63,711 nt of DNA, filler included, from Bigelowiella natans CCMP2755 (GCA_000320545.1; 3 parts of 3 records of this genome joined end to end with filler, not necessarily neighbours in it), one strand, 5' to 3'; shown: positions 19,213 to 31,743, counted from the first letter of the whole stretch. Translations and numbers: made by a program. The notes: generated by a model from the sequence alone, not told the origin.

Positions 19213-22200
19213 TTACTCTTTAATTATGTCAGAGTGCAAGCTATTAGCTCGTATTCGGCTATTTGACTCTAAGTCTGATGTTCTTTTGAAAGAACCCATC
19301 ATGTTTCTTGCATAAGCACTTATTACTACAGGTTTGCCACCCATCTCTGCTGCATCAGACTTAGAATCACGACTGGTTTGATAACTCTCTAAGTCTTGCG
19401 ATCTTTTGAAAGAACCTATTGTGGTCCTTGAGCTCATTACTACTGTTTTGCCATTAATTTCTGCTGTATCAGACTTAGAATCACGACCAGTTTGAAAGCT
19501 CCACGTACGTTTTCGAGGCATATTTAGACTTTCTGTGCGCACTCGACGAGATTCTGTTTGCGATTGCATGGAAATTTCAGGCTTGGGTCTCTTACTTATA
19601 GATTCTGAGCTCAAGTTCTTCCCAAATTTAGAAAAGAAGATGTCAGAATACGCTTTCATTATTTCGAGATCAGTGTATTGCGTTTTGCCTACATCAAAAT
19701 AGTGTATATGATTAGCTGAAACGTGGCATTGAAGATATACTATACTTGTTATCACCTTTGATTTTGCTACGGTAGAGTTCATATACTCCGATTAGAATCC
19801 ATACGTAGTGGCAACAGAGTAGAATGATGAAGGATACTGCCGTTATATGATGATATAACCCAGGCAGCACTCGATATGTCTCGAATTGAACCCATATTTC
19901 AACGAGCAGCATGATGATTTTCGACCTAATTTGAGGGTTACACAAAAATCTTCAATATAAAACTAAATTTGGTCAAAGATTTCAATTCAGCCAATAGATT
20001 TACCATAAGGCTGAGACGCACCCAAAGCAATGGACCGTGTGTTGAATTGAATAAGGAATAATAGCTATCACGATTGTTGCTCGATCCTCCAGCCCAAAAC
20101 AAACGGATAAGTATATTATAAAGGATGCGAAATGATGTACATACGTTGTTATACCATAGGAAAGTATTTGCAAAAATGCGGAGGGCTTGCCAAGTTTACC
20201 GGCCCTTGCCGTTACAAAAGGAACCACAATATTAGATGCAATGCATGGAAATCCAAAGTAAAATAAAGCTAAGGTCGCAAAGATGATCCCCAACTTCGAT
20301 TTGGACCCTAACGCCGCAATTCCAACGACTGGATTGAAGGCACAAGCGAGCCACCATAGCTGTCGAGATCCTTTCCAGCTGAGGATGTGAGGGCCAATGA
20401 TGGCATCCATTATAATTCCAGCTGTAAGCACTATCGAAGCAAGAATAACTATGAACAGGAGTGTCACATCTTCTTCGGATTCACGAGTGCTGGCCTTCCT
20501 TATAACAGGAACGGTGCGAATTGTGGACCACACACTGAAAGATTCTAGTCTAATTTTTCGAACAAACTGTAGTATCTGGTCTACATTTTCTCCAATATTT
20601 GCATCAATGTATACGTTCTCCTCGTGATATGAGCCTCGTACTTCGTACCACTCCAAAATCTTACCCTTCTTTGGCTTAAGCAGGACCAATGTGTGCTCAT
20701 ATTGGCTAGAAGTGAAGACGGGGTCTTTATCAGATGAAAGTAAAAGAATGTGAGTGTCCGGATCAATGTATTTTAGTTGGGTAGGATTTGAGGCGGCAAG
20801 GAAGCCTTCTACAACTTTGAAGTTATCAAAATAATAGCAATAAATATTATAAACTCCTGTCCGCTTGAAAGTGTGTAAAAAATCATTTTCGAGTTCTGAA
20901 TTCCAAAACGTTTGATTTTCAGCCGTATCGAAAACTCTCTCAAAGTTATTGAACGCAAGCCCTAGTAGGTGCATCGGTGACATAAAACGTCTGAGGTAAG
21001 TTAGTTCGAAGGGGATTCTTCCAAAATGACGAACGTATGAGGCCGGATGCGGTCCAAAAACGATGAAGCCTTCTAGTAAGTGTTCGACATTTTGGACAAC
21101 ATACCAGGAAAATATTGCTGAGATGCCATGAGCAATGATGAAAATCTTCTCATATCCTTCTGAATGAGAAATTCGAACAAGCCTTTCGATGGGGGCAGAT
21201 GCTGTTTCCATGCGACAGCTCTCTAATCTGCTGCCTCTACCCCATCCAGGGAGATAAACAGACCAAAATTCGAACTTAGGGTCAAATAGATTCGATTTAT
21301 CACGAATCTTTCGAATTAAATTTGCTGCAAATGAGACCGGAGACTCCGTTCCATGCAACATAATGAAGAGAAAGGAACTTCTCGGGGAACTCACCTTCTC
21401 TGGTTCTGCCACCGCTTTTAGAACTTCGATGTGTTGAGAAGCAGAATTTTCCTTTGAGACATCTACAATATGAGACTCAAAACGCACAGATTTACGAACT
21501 GGAATGCCTGCGTGACACTCGGTGTTGGCAGGGAAAAATAAGGGGGCAATCGCTGCAGCAAACTCGACGGAGATTTGGCGTGCAGGGCACGAGCGCCGAA
21601 GAGTTCCTAAACTGTTACCTACATGAAAAAATAATCGGTAAAGATATTTGAAGGATGACTATTTTTTAAAGAAGATAAAATCAATTAAATTAACGATAAC
21701 CTTCGAGATCTTTTTCGATGAAATTCCAAGTGAGCACATTCTTAAGATCACTCCTGTTAGGATTGAATCGTAATGGTTCTTCAAATGCGTTTGGATCAAC
21801 ATTGGCCATGGAAAGAGAGTACATTCTTGGAAGGCACTTGGGGCATGGTTTCGCTACGAAGCCGCTTACAGATGTTTGTAATCGCGAGTGCTCCAGAATG
21901 AAACTAACCTTGTCCCTTCTCCAGTAATCGATGACTTCGCAGTAATCTCTTCGCACCCGTTCAATTAAAGTTATAGTCATATCGATTATTCCAGTACCTG
22001 CAACTAGAATCTCTGTCACTAATTCATAGGCCTCTTGAATTGAGACGTTGTTAATGCCATGTTGGAAATATGAATTGTTTAGAAAAAGTTGAATTTCATC
22101 TTCCGAAATAATGCGCTGTAGAGCGCGAAAAATTTGATATCGTCGAGTAAGAGAAGCCGCAGCTAGTGAGTATGTACCCGATATAAGGTGAAAATCCTTT

Positions 22201-24384
22201 GGTTTGAAAAAAAAAGGCGCTGCTTCGAAGAAATCCTCCACGTCGTTCTGGAGTTTATTCTTATTTACGCCAGTGAAAGCCGAGAGGTTACGGCTTCCGA
22301 GAAGTGAATGGAATAAAGCGACTGAAATCTTCTTTCGTGCGATGTCGAGTTTCATAATAGAGTATGGATCATCGTTTGCTGCGAGTTCAGGTATCATTTC
22401 GATTAACGCGTGTTCGGTAGTATTCAAACTTGGGAATGCTTGATAGATGAATTTTCTAGCTGCTAGATGGGTGGTGGATTCTGTATCATGCTTTACAGGA
22501 TTGCGAGAAGACATCAACCTATCGAAGTCTCTAGTTTCGTACCAGCAAGGTAGATCATTATTACTAAATTGACCTCTAATTTGGATGCCTTTGAGAGCTT
22601 TTAGTACCTCATCGTGCCTACCTTCTAACCTTCCAAGACTAGGATGTATGTACACACCTGAATCAAGAATCTCTTCCCTGATCCCTCTCCTATCGCTTGT
22701 CGGAGTGAGTTTTTTAGTGACGTAGAAGGGAACTAGGCCTTGTTCGATATCGTGTTTACTCTTATACCATATTGTAAAAACTTCACACTCAGCGGAAGCC
22801 ACAAGGTCGGATTGTGTTTGTCTGCCATATAGTCTTGCCTGGTCACCCCATTCCCACGAAAATAATGCTTCCAATGCCTCAAGATCGAATGGTCTACACC
22901 CCGTACTGGAGAGATATTGGTTGTTCTCTTTCTCACAGTCGTATGGAATGTACAAACCAAGGCATCTAGGTATTTGGAACAACGTGATTGATCCTGAGCA
23001 CAGATTTATCAGAACAGATGGGTCTATGTTCATCTTTTCCAGTAACGCTGAAGTTCTCTGAATGGCATTCTCGGCTTGACATCTACAGAGTGCACCATTT
23101 TCTGCGTATCGTCCCAAATAGGTCGATATTGCTTGAGTGCAATTGGAATTGCACGTCGATTCAGCTAATGCGATTAGACAAAATGGGAGAGCCATGATAG
23201 TAGCTGCAGCAATTTCGTTTCTTTCATCTATCTCACACGCAAGAGAGTAGGCTGAGGCGTTAACCACGGTTTGATTGATGGTCACATTATTATTCTGCAA
23301 TACTTCTAACATTTCTGATGGCGTGTTTTCATCCACACATTCAGTTGGAACACATTTTAGAGCCCCGTTTGAATCGGGAAAGCCTTTCCCAGCATGATAG
23401 CAATGCAGCTGAGGTTCGAATTTCGCCATGAAATGGTGAAGGTATTTACATAATAGAGACGAGCCCTGGGCTGCAAATGGGCTGTTAAATTTGCTCACAC
23501 ATATTGGGTCGACATCAGGTAGAGATTTTAGATAATTTTCGCAATCTTGAATGCTGTTGTATTGTTGGTGTTCTCCCCGGCATTCTTGCATGATAGTATT
23601 ACACATCCTCTCTATCGTCCCGTTAACTTTTGCTGAATCCAAGAACGCCCGTCCGGTAGACTCGGGAAAGGATAAAACTTCTAATTTACGAGCAGTGCTG
23701 CATGGATAGAAGATAAAATCTAATTTCCAGAAGACCTCGTTTGGAACCATACCAAGATGCTTCCACCGCTCAATTCTTTTCGTCTGGACCTGCATGCGCG
23801 CAGTAGAGATATGGTATGTAATGTTTGCCTCAAGGAAAGCGTTTGATCCAATGTCAGACACAGAAGGATGAGGTATAGCTCGGTATGCTCCGATACTGGA
23901 GCTACCTACATATTTTCCAATACCTATGTACGCAAAAACATCAGATGTAGTATTAAAGGTTATTGCATGATGCAAGCTTACCTTGAATGAACATTGTCGA
24001 AAGGCTATCATAGCTCAGATGTGCATTATCGATGATCTCAAATCCATCTTCGGGTGTCAGGTACGGAAGGTTCAAGTCCTCGAAGACTGGAAATGCAACT
24101 TGTATCGCAGAACCTCGCAGATTTGCAAGCTCGTCATCGCTGATTGAAATAAGCATCACATGCATAACATTTTGAAATGTGACAGATCAGCCATGATTTA
24201 ACCTGAAATAAAGGCACTTTTGTGTTTGAACACAATCGAATTCGAATCCAAGGGGTTCTTCGCCATTATCTACCCTCTCGCTAGTGTACGGTACGCTAGC
24301 ATTGAACTTGAATTTGAGGGTGCTACACATCTGCGCCCAACCTGGGAAGAAGAGGCCAGCTAGTATGATAGCCATGACGATCAT
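19213..24384 (-). CDS. Multidomain fusion of ~1609 aa: signal peptide, NTF2-like/Cys-His domain, atypical cytochrome P450, alpha/beta-hydrolase, His-rich ~7-TM domain and Ser/Arg-rich tail
   Basis: Six exons (24384-24203, 24139-23982, 23923-21701, 21618-20022, 19949-19756, 19688-19213) joined by 58-82-nt GT-AG introns give 4830 nt in one frame. P450 motifs are EHSR (ExxR), ANVDPNAFEEPLRFNPNR and RRSCPA across the exon 3/4 junction. Hydrolase motifs are MLHG, LPGWG, IAHGISA and GPHP. Confidence 0.8.
19267..19496 (-). repeat. Internal tandem duplication of ~38-39 aa in the fusion-protein tail
   Basis: FQTGRDSKSDTAEINGKTVVMSSRTTIGSFKRSQDLES followed by YQTSRDSKSDAAEMGGKPVVISAYARNMMGSFKRTSDLES. 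Confidence 0.9.
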
Positions 24385-25870
24385 TTTTAACCGGTGTCAA
24401 TGACAAGACTGACACAAGTTTGTACGATGAGATGAGGTAACTTTGACTGCAGAAATTTCTCGCAGGGCCTGCAGCCCTCCGAGGAGCAACCCTGTTAGAT
24501 GGTGGAAGCGGGAATATTCTAGTTGCACGCGTTGAGTAATGAAACAGATCCAAAATACCCAGTGTTTCCGGCACTGAAAACTCATTTATCGAGGAAATGC
24601 GTCATGCGTCACACAATCCCGAACCTTCCTTGTACATGTCAAGAAAAGCGAGGCACCGAAGTTATTTTTGTACGTTCCCGCTACGAGTTCTATGTGACAT
24701 TTTTGACTTTTCGTCCTGAAAACTCCATCGAGTTGCTTTTTGTGCAAGTCTTCCACCTGGAACCGCACGGGGCTCTCGGCTGAACACCGACAAATGAACG
24801 AGTAGCCGTGGACTCGTTGAAACACACTGAGAATCGCACGGGTCCTCTGTGTTCGAGTCACGCTTTTTGATCGTGCAGCACAAAGTTGCGAGAAATCCCC
24901 GGGAAAGAAATGCTACGACAGACCACAACGCGGTCCATTGCTAGATTGAAAAGGGGAACGAGGATCTTAGATCGGATTGATTTTTGCGGCTTTCGCCTCA
25001 TGCCAGTCACTGAAATTCTCGGCGGCTTTTCGCGGAGCAAAGGAAGAATTAGGGTTAGTTTAGTGGAAGAATTTTTGGAAAGAAAGAAACGGCATCAATT
25101 TTTGTCCCGCGCCATTGTCTCGCAAGAACTCGCTCGTGATGTTGGCCGGCCATCACTTGAGCGTGGTCAAACAGTGTGACCGCCAGGACCTGGTTGCCCA
25201 TGGCGTGTTCACATGCTGGCCTGGTTGGGAACCGTGTTTTTGTGCTCAGAGCCTCTGACCACGTCTCGTCTCTCGTCCCCGTCAGTGCACAACGTCCTCT
25301 CGTTCATTGCAGTTTAGGAGACGTTTCTTGAACTCATCCGCTCCAACAGAATCAACTTGTTCGTTCGTCCATGCTTGTTTCCAGTGAGGGATGCCCAGAT
25401 GCGACACAGACTAGTTGGCCAGTCACTGCAAGCTTCGCATGTGGAACGGGAAGGAAACGCACGACGCTGGCGTGGGCTCATTGACCAAGTGCCTGACACG
25501 CGACGCCGTGGCCAGCCAACCAGCTGTCGTGATGGATGCAGCAATGCAACACGTTCTGATGAAATCTAGAAATTTTGCTTGCGCTACTCGCGCGTTTCTT
25601 TCGTCTCAGCACAATGATTTCATCACTTCAGCTGCTTGGAACACGAGCCCGCGCATGCATCATGCAGCACCGACCGTCTAGCTGTGTCCAGCACGCACGT
25701 GCACGTTCAACACGTGCAGTGCATGCACCTCATCTAGTCATGCATGCAATGCACAAACACCTTGCATGTGACACAACATCACATGGCCACGCACAATCCA
25801 TGGCCTGTTTTTCATTGAATCTTTCTCGCATTTTCAACGTCAATGAAAGCAATTTGCCACACACACACAC

Positions 25871-25928
<58 letters not shown>

Positions 25929-26007
25929 GACAGACATCGCAAGACACGTACCAAGACTAGTGCTCATGCATGACACCGAAGACAGCAAATGGTAGTGTAG
26001 GAGATTT

Positions 26008-26992
26008 CTACTTTTTCGTTGGTACTTCTTGACTAGAATTTGTTCTACGTAATCGTAGAGAGGAAACGGGAGCTTTCGTTGCGTTGCTACCTATGATTTC
26101 ACTATCGGCCCCAATGCCCCGATTTCGGAAGATATCTGGTACTATGCCCTCACTCTTGCTGAATCTTAGTTCAAGTTCGTGCGGAATCTTCCCGTCCCTA
26201 TCAATCAAACCTACATCTGCCTTAGAAGTCGAAGCAACCGCAGCTACAGGAGGGGGCATCTTCGTGGATGATGACGACGATGACGGCGAACGCAGCGGTG
26301 TGTAGTTCGGAAGAAGCATGAAAACCGGTGATTTGAGAATTTCAGAGACGCTCGGACGATTTTTCGGCATCCTCTCTAGCATGCGACGGAATATGTGCAC
26401 TAGCTCTATCAGAATCCATTCCCCCGAACCCTGTTTGTTGATGTTGACGACAAACAAATTCATCGATACTTGAAGAGGAGGAAGACGAAGGTGTAAGCAC
26501 GAACGCACGCACATACTACGCACGCACATACGCAATAGATACATAAATTAACCTTTTAGAAGGAGAAAGAGAGAAACAGAGGGGGGAACTCATTTTTGTG
26601 TTGTATTAATCCTTGTAATACCCCAACCCCCCCCCCTTCTCTTCTCTCACAAACTTAACGTGCTCGCGGCAGCAGATAGGGAGGAGAAGGGAGAGGAAAG
26701 AGGGTTAAAGAGGGTTGTTCATACCACAGTAGAAGACTCCTTTTTCCGCTTCATCACCACTTGGAAATCTAGCAAGGAAGGAAATCCCAATGATGCAGGG
26801 CGGCAACATGCAGACACACATCACGCATCACAATACTTACAACTATTTCAAAGTATGATACTACCCTCTTGTTTCTTCTCCTCCCTGTCTTTTTTGCCGT
26901 CGGAACTGTCCTCTCCCTCCTCCCCGTCCTCATCATCCTCCTCCTCATTATCATCGTTCTCGCATTCCTCCTGTTTGTGAATGAGTCAGTCG

Positions 26993-27034
<42 letters not shown>

Positions 27035-28081
27035 CTGTGTGGAACATTCACAGACGATGAAATCTATGCCTTGTGCTTGAACGCATTTCCAGAGGAACAC
27101 GTGGTGTTTGTTGGTGGGCGGTATACCTCTTCCTCCTTTTTCTTTTCGTCTTGGTCGTCGTCCGTGCCCCCCACCCTCTTGCCCGTCGCCGACTTGTTGT
27201 TGTGGATGTCATACCTGGAATCGTGGATTTGTGATGGCTCAGTGAGGGCTGACCGATGGTGATAGTCGATGATGAGTATTGGCTTGCACGAAGAAGGAAA
27301 TGCATACATCCAGGCCTCTTTCATTGTGCCTGGCTTTTCAATTAACCGCACAGAATGTGTGCGCCTAAATACTAATGCGTTGTCCGCGCAGATGACAGAC
27401 GAATAACTATCTTCCCCTGCGCGTCCCCCCCTCTGTTGCTGGTGGTGATATAGATGCAAGAGCATGCGTCCATCCTCACCCGCTCATATTTTCTTCGAGC
27501 TTCTGCATGAACTCCTTGGAGTAATCGTCCAGGCAAGACTGCCACTGAGCAGGGGCACATAGCGAGGTGCAAACAAGAGGAGTTTTGCACAGGAGGATTA
27601 CGACGGAGCAAAGGCATGTTAATAAGAACAACGGATATTCCTCAACCCCCCCCCCCCATAATCAGCTTTACACCCTCGAAAGCCAAGTCTGTCTCCCCTA
27701 TCTACCGTATCCTTCTCGAGAGCTTGCTGCCCGGGGAAAGGCTCTTCGTCCTCAATGTCCAGCCTGGGGCAATGAGTAACAAAACAACGAACGAGGGCGG
27801 GGAAGAGAGGGCGTGTTGGAGGGGGGGGGGGTTCCGGGTCGAGGAGGACGATACATTAGTATGTTTTAAAAAAAGGAGGAGCTTGCGACAGGCTGCAGCA
27901 GCGCACAGATGAGTGAGTGCGGCAGGTGAAAAGAACACGGAGGGCGTGTGGAAGATCTGAAATCGCGGCGAGTTGCGGATCCTATCCCCAAGAATCATCA
28001 CGGTTTTGTTATATTTGGGAGACGAAGATCTTCCTCTCCCTTCTACTTTCTAATCCTAAACCTATCCCCTCCCCCCCCCCC

Positions 28082-28133
<52 letters not shown>

Positions 28134-28728
28134 AGTAAGCTCGAAAAGTACAAACGCCAAGGCCCATACCTATCCAGCCATAGAAAGGAATCATCAACGT
28201 TAAGTAGCAGTAGCAGTAGCAGTAGCAGTAGCAGTAGTATTATCGATAGCGATTGGTTCATTATTCCTTATCTTCCCATCGTTTGTCGCGATATGGCTGC
28301 ACCCGTGCGGCGTTGCTGCACGTGAGCAAGCGACTTTGAGCTAGAATAAGAAGCAGCACTTACATCTACGGGGAAGTTGACGACGTGACGCCGGTTCTCC
28401 ACCACAGAATTGTACGCATCGATCTGATTTGAAGAAGGGTGAAGGGGGGGGATGATGATGATATTGACGATGATAGTTGATAGCCGTAATGATGATGGTA
28501 ATGGGGAGATTTATTAAGAGTATACTACTACTACTACTACAAAAACGATTCACTACTACTTCTTCTATTACTGCTACTACTAACAGATGCTGTAACAAAG
28601 AGAATGCTTTATTATTACGTTCATTGGCTCTTCTGAGAAATGGTCGAAGCACTCGAATACCTGCCGCAGTAGCATATTCAAAATCCCAATCATTTGAGGA
28701 ACTATATTCCTGGAGACGCACGACTACG

Positions 28729-28763
<35 letters not shown>

Positions 28764-29548
28764 ACTTCTACCTCGGGGGCTATGTAGGCAGGTGTGCCCC
28801 CACAAGCTTCAGTGACCTGCTTGGCCTTTCGACTTACCTTAGAGAATAGCACAAAAGAGGGGGGGAGGGGGGGGGGGGAGAGGAGGTGTGTTGCGTCAAA
28901 GACGAAGGAGCAGCCCTGCTCAATCGCAGCAGTGATAAGAACGATGAGTATTGAAGCTGCCACTTGACCAGCACAAAAAGCCATTTTCGTTTGAGTGACA
29001 GCCCCCATCCATGCAAGCATCTATCTTACGATGGGCAGGACTCTCTCTCTCTCTCTCACGAAGAAAACGAGACTTATTTTCTCCAGTCGTTGGTTAGATT
29101 GTAAACAGGTCGTCTCCCTCCTCCCCCACCTTCCTCGTCCACATTTCCATCCTTTGCCCTCCCATGGCCGCTCCCCCTTTACCTGTGCGATTTTCCTCGA
29201 TGTTTTCCCGGGAATCATGGATCCAACGCGGAGAAGACCTGTCGCCGTCCGCGACGTTGTTAGTGCGAGAAAGATCAAATATTTGATAGGGATGGCAGAG
29301 CGTGTAGGAGGGGGGGGGGGGGGACAGAAGGGACACACACAGAGAGAAACGATATCATAATTGCGAGTCGTGACTTTAAAGCATTCCTATTGCATTCATA
29401 AGTAATAGCTGCCCGCTCGTACCGGGTGTAGTGGAGCTAGAGTCTGATCTTCCGTCTTAAGGGAGGGGGGGGGGGACAGTGAGGGAGATGGAGAATAAGG
29501 TGCTATTCTCTTTCTTTATAGTGCGAGAGTGTCAAAATGTGTTTGTAT

Positions 29549-29591
<43 letters not shown>

Positions 29592-30049
29592 ATAACGAAG
29601 TACGATACATAACTNNNNNNNNNNNNNNNNNNNNNNNNNNNNNNNNNNNNNNNNNNNNTTAATTAATTAANNNNNNNNNNNNNNNNNNNNNNNNNNNNNN
29701 NNNNNNNNNNNNNNATATGCACACTCTTGATTTCACAGCAGGGTCTATAGTTAATGTGTCGTGATCACGCACATCTATTCCGGTTATCTCACGAACAACA
29801 ACATCGACTGCATAGGTCAAGCGTGCGCACGCACATATGTAAACATATATATTTGATGTATATTATAGTACCGTTTGAGCAGCAGCCCTGTTCCTTCGTG
29901 TAGCAAGATTCTGTCGCTGCTTCTCCTGACTCATGGGTTTCGAGGACGCTGCATCCCATTCAATCTGCTCAGTTAGTGAAGGGGGGGGGGGGAAAAGAAG
30001 AGGAGTAGGAAAAGGAGCATTTCACTAATGTAGTAATCACCAGAGAGAG

Positions 30050-30093
<44 letters not shown>

Positions 30094-31743
30094 AAATATT
30101 TTCTAGTTTTGCCTGTGAGCGTATAAATATAGGGTAATTCTCTTTAGAGACTGTCGCATTGGTGCTATTCATAATATAGGAGAGTTGTTTACGTCTGGAG
30201 AGGCGAAAATGTGCTCTATCGTCATCCCGCTCTCCTCACACGTCACTTTGGCCTTTATCTGGTTGCTCGATGATGATAAGAGCTCCTACCAAACACGTTA
30301 TGATTCAGAATACCAAAGACCGACCTCGGCTGCTTTCATCGTGAGTACAACATCAAACGAATGTCCCTGGATGGATATAGTCGCTCCAGCGCACATGCAT
30401 ACACCCCGTATCAGTAACAGCAGTAGTGGCACCTGTGAAAGTGCTTTATTCGGGACAAAATCGACTCGAAACTTGCCTTCCTTTGCCTCGGCTTTGATGT
30501 CGTAGCAGCACTTGTCCGGCGTTGCAGCGTCCTCAGACGTCGAAGCAGACGCAACGATATTAACAGCTCCAAAAGCCTATGTACGTACACACACACACAC
30601 ACACATAAACACACATATTTTATAATATATCTTAATTTGACTCAGTGTTCTCTTGGTTACTGCAAGTTTCGCGACTTGTCACGATATATTTACTATTAAT
30701 AATTCGGATTGTTTCAGGTGAAATCGTCGCTGAGCACAGCATTATCTTTCCGTCAAACGCAGGTGTTTATGTTAAGCTTCCATTCCTACACCTGGAACTT
30801 CTCGAATATATGAGCAGAGACCCAGATATCTGTGGAGAGAGGAGGGGGTGCTGTCTTTGCCTGTTTTGTTAGTTACCAACTCCATATGAGAAGCAAGCTT
30901 CAGTTCTTCAATCGTCAGTCGCACTCGCTTTATGTACACTGCCTTCAGCTAAAATCACTCTTTTGTGTTGCGAGGACGGCATCAGGCGTGCTACCTTTAT
31001 GAGAATTTGCTTTATATCCTCGCTTTCCTATTATATATACCCGGACAAAACGATAGCAATAAGGCTGATGCGGACGGCAGACGGCCCGCTTACATTCAGC
31101 AATAGCGTTATGTCTACATTTCATATATTTCATACTACAAAACTAGCCATTCGAAAGATGCGCCTGTGCATAATATATGCATGTTTCATCGGTGTAAGCT
31201 TCGTCCCCTCTCTCCTTGTTAAATACCGTGCGGCCACGAGCAGTCTCCTTTACATCCCCTTTTTACAAAATGATGCCAAAATTAGACAACATGATGTGTG
31301 TTCTTGATTGCGTTGCCTGACAATTCTGGCAATTTCCACAAACATTGGCGACTATTTTCGCTACCGTTTGTTGTCGTAGCCTCTTCGTGGTTCTTGGACT
31401 TTTGGCTCGTTGAGCAGGATGGCGAAGCAGTCTTTTCCTTCCCGCTTGATCCGCCGAGAGATTTAACTATCGCATCTGAGACCGAACATGGAGCAATAAA
31501 ACAATTAACATATCTAAGAAGCGAGCGGGCGTTCCAGTCGCATGTTCAGCGATGAGCAGCTTCCATTGACGATTTTCTCACTTAAGAAAGGGTGCAACCA
31601 CTTCACGGTTGCGAAGGTCGACGCATTTCGAGAAATATGTTAGCATAGCGGGTCAGCATACTTGCAATTGAGATGGAATAGTCCGCCTGCAGGCAAAGAT
31701 AGGGCACTCGCTTTGGAAGCGATGCGGAAGAGGTGGAAGCCAT
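26008..31743 (-). CDS. Ser/Thr protein kinase-like gene (multi-exon, spans an assembly gap; 5' extent uncertain)
   Basis: Subdomain VIII GGTPAYIAPE (about 28772-28801), IX D|VWALAFVLFEL (28363/28170) and XI RMLERMPKNRPSVSEILKSPVF (about 26320-26385). A possible Gly-loop remnant AFGAV lies near 30575. HRD and DFG motifs were not located. Confidence 0.7.
29615..29714. other. Artificial scaffold gap linker
   Basis: N44-TTAATTAATTAA-N44; the insert places stops in all six frames. Confidence 0.97.

Noticed and set aside
25049-25063. TTAGGGTTAGTTTAG telomere-like motif
   Set aside because: Only one perfect unit; too short to support a call.
24675-25945. CpG-methylation decay as the cause of the TG/CA excess
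   Set aside because: CpG is plentiful in these tracts; the missing dinucleotide is TpA.
29659-29670. TTAATTAATTAA palindrome within Ns (also 61702-61713)
   Set aside because: Synthetic six-frame-stop linker, identical in both gaps; not biological.
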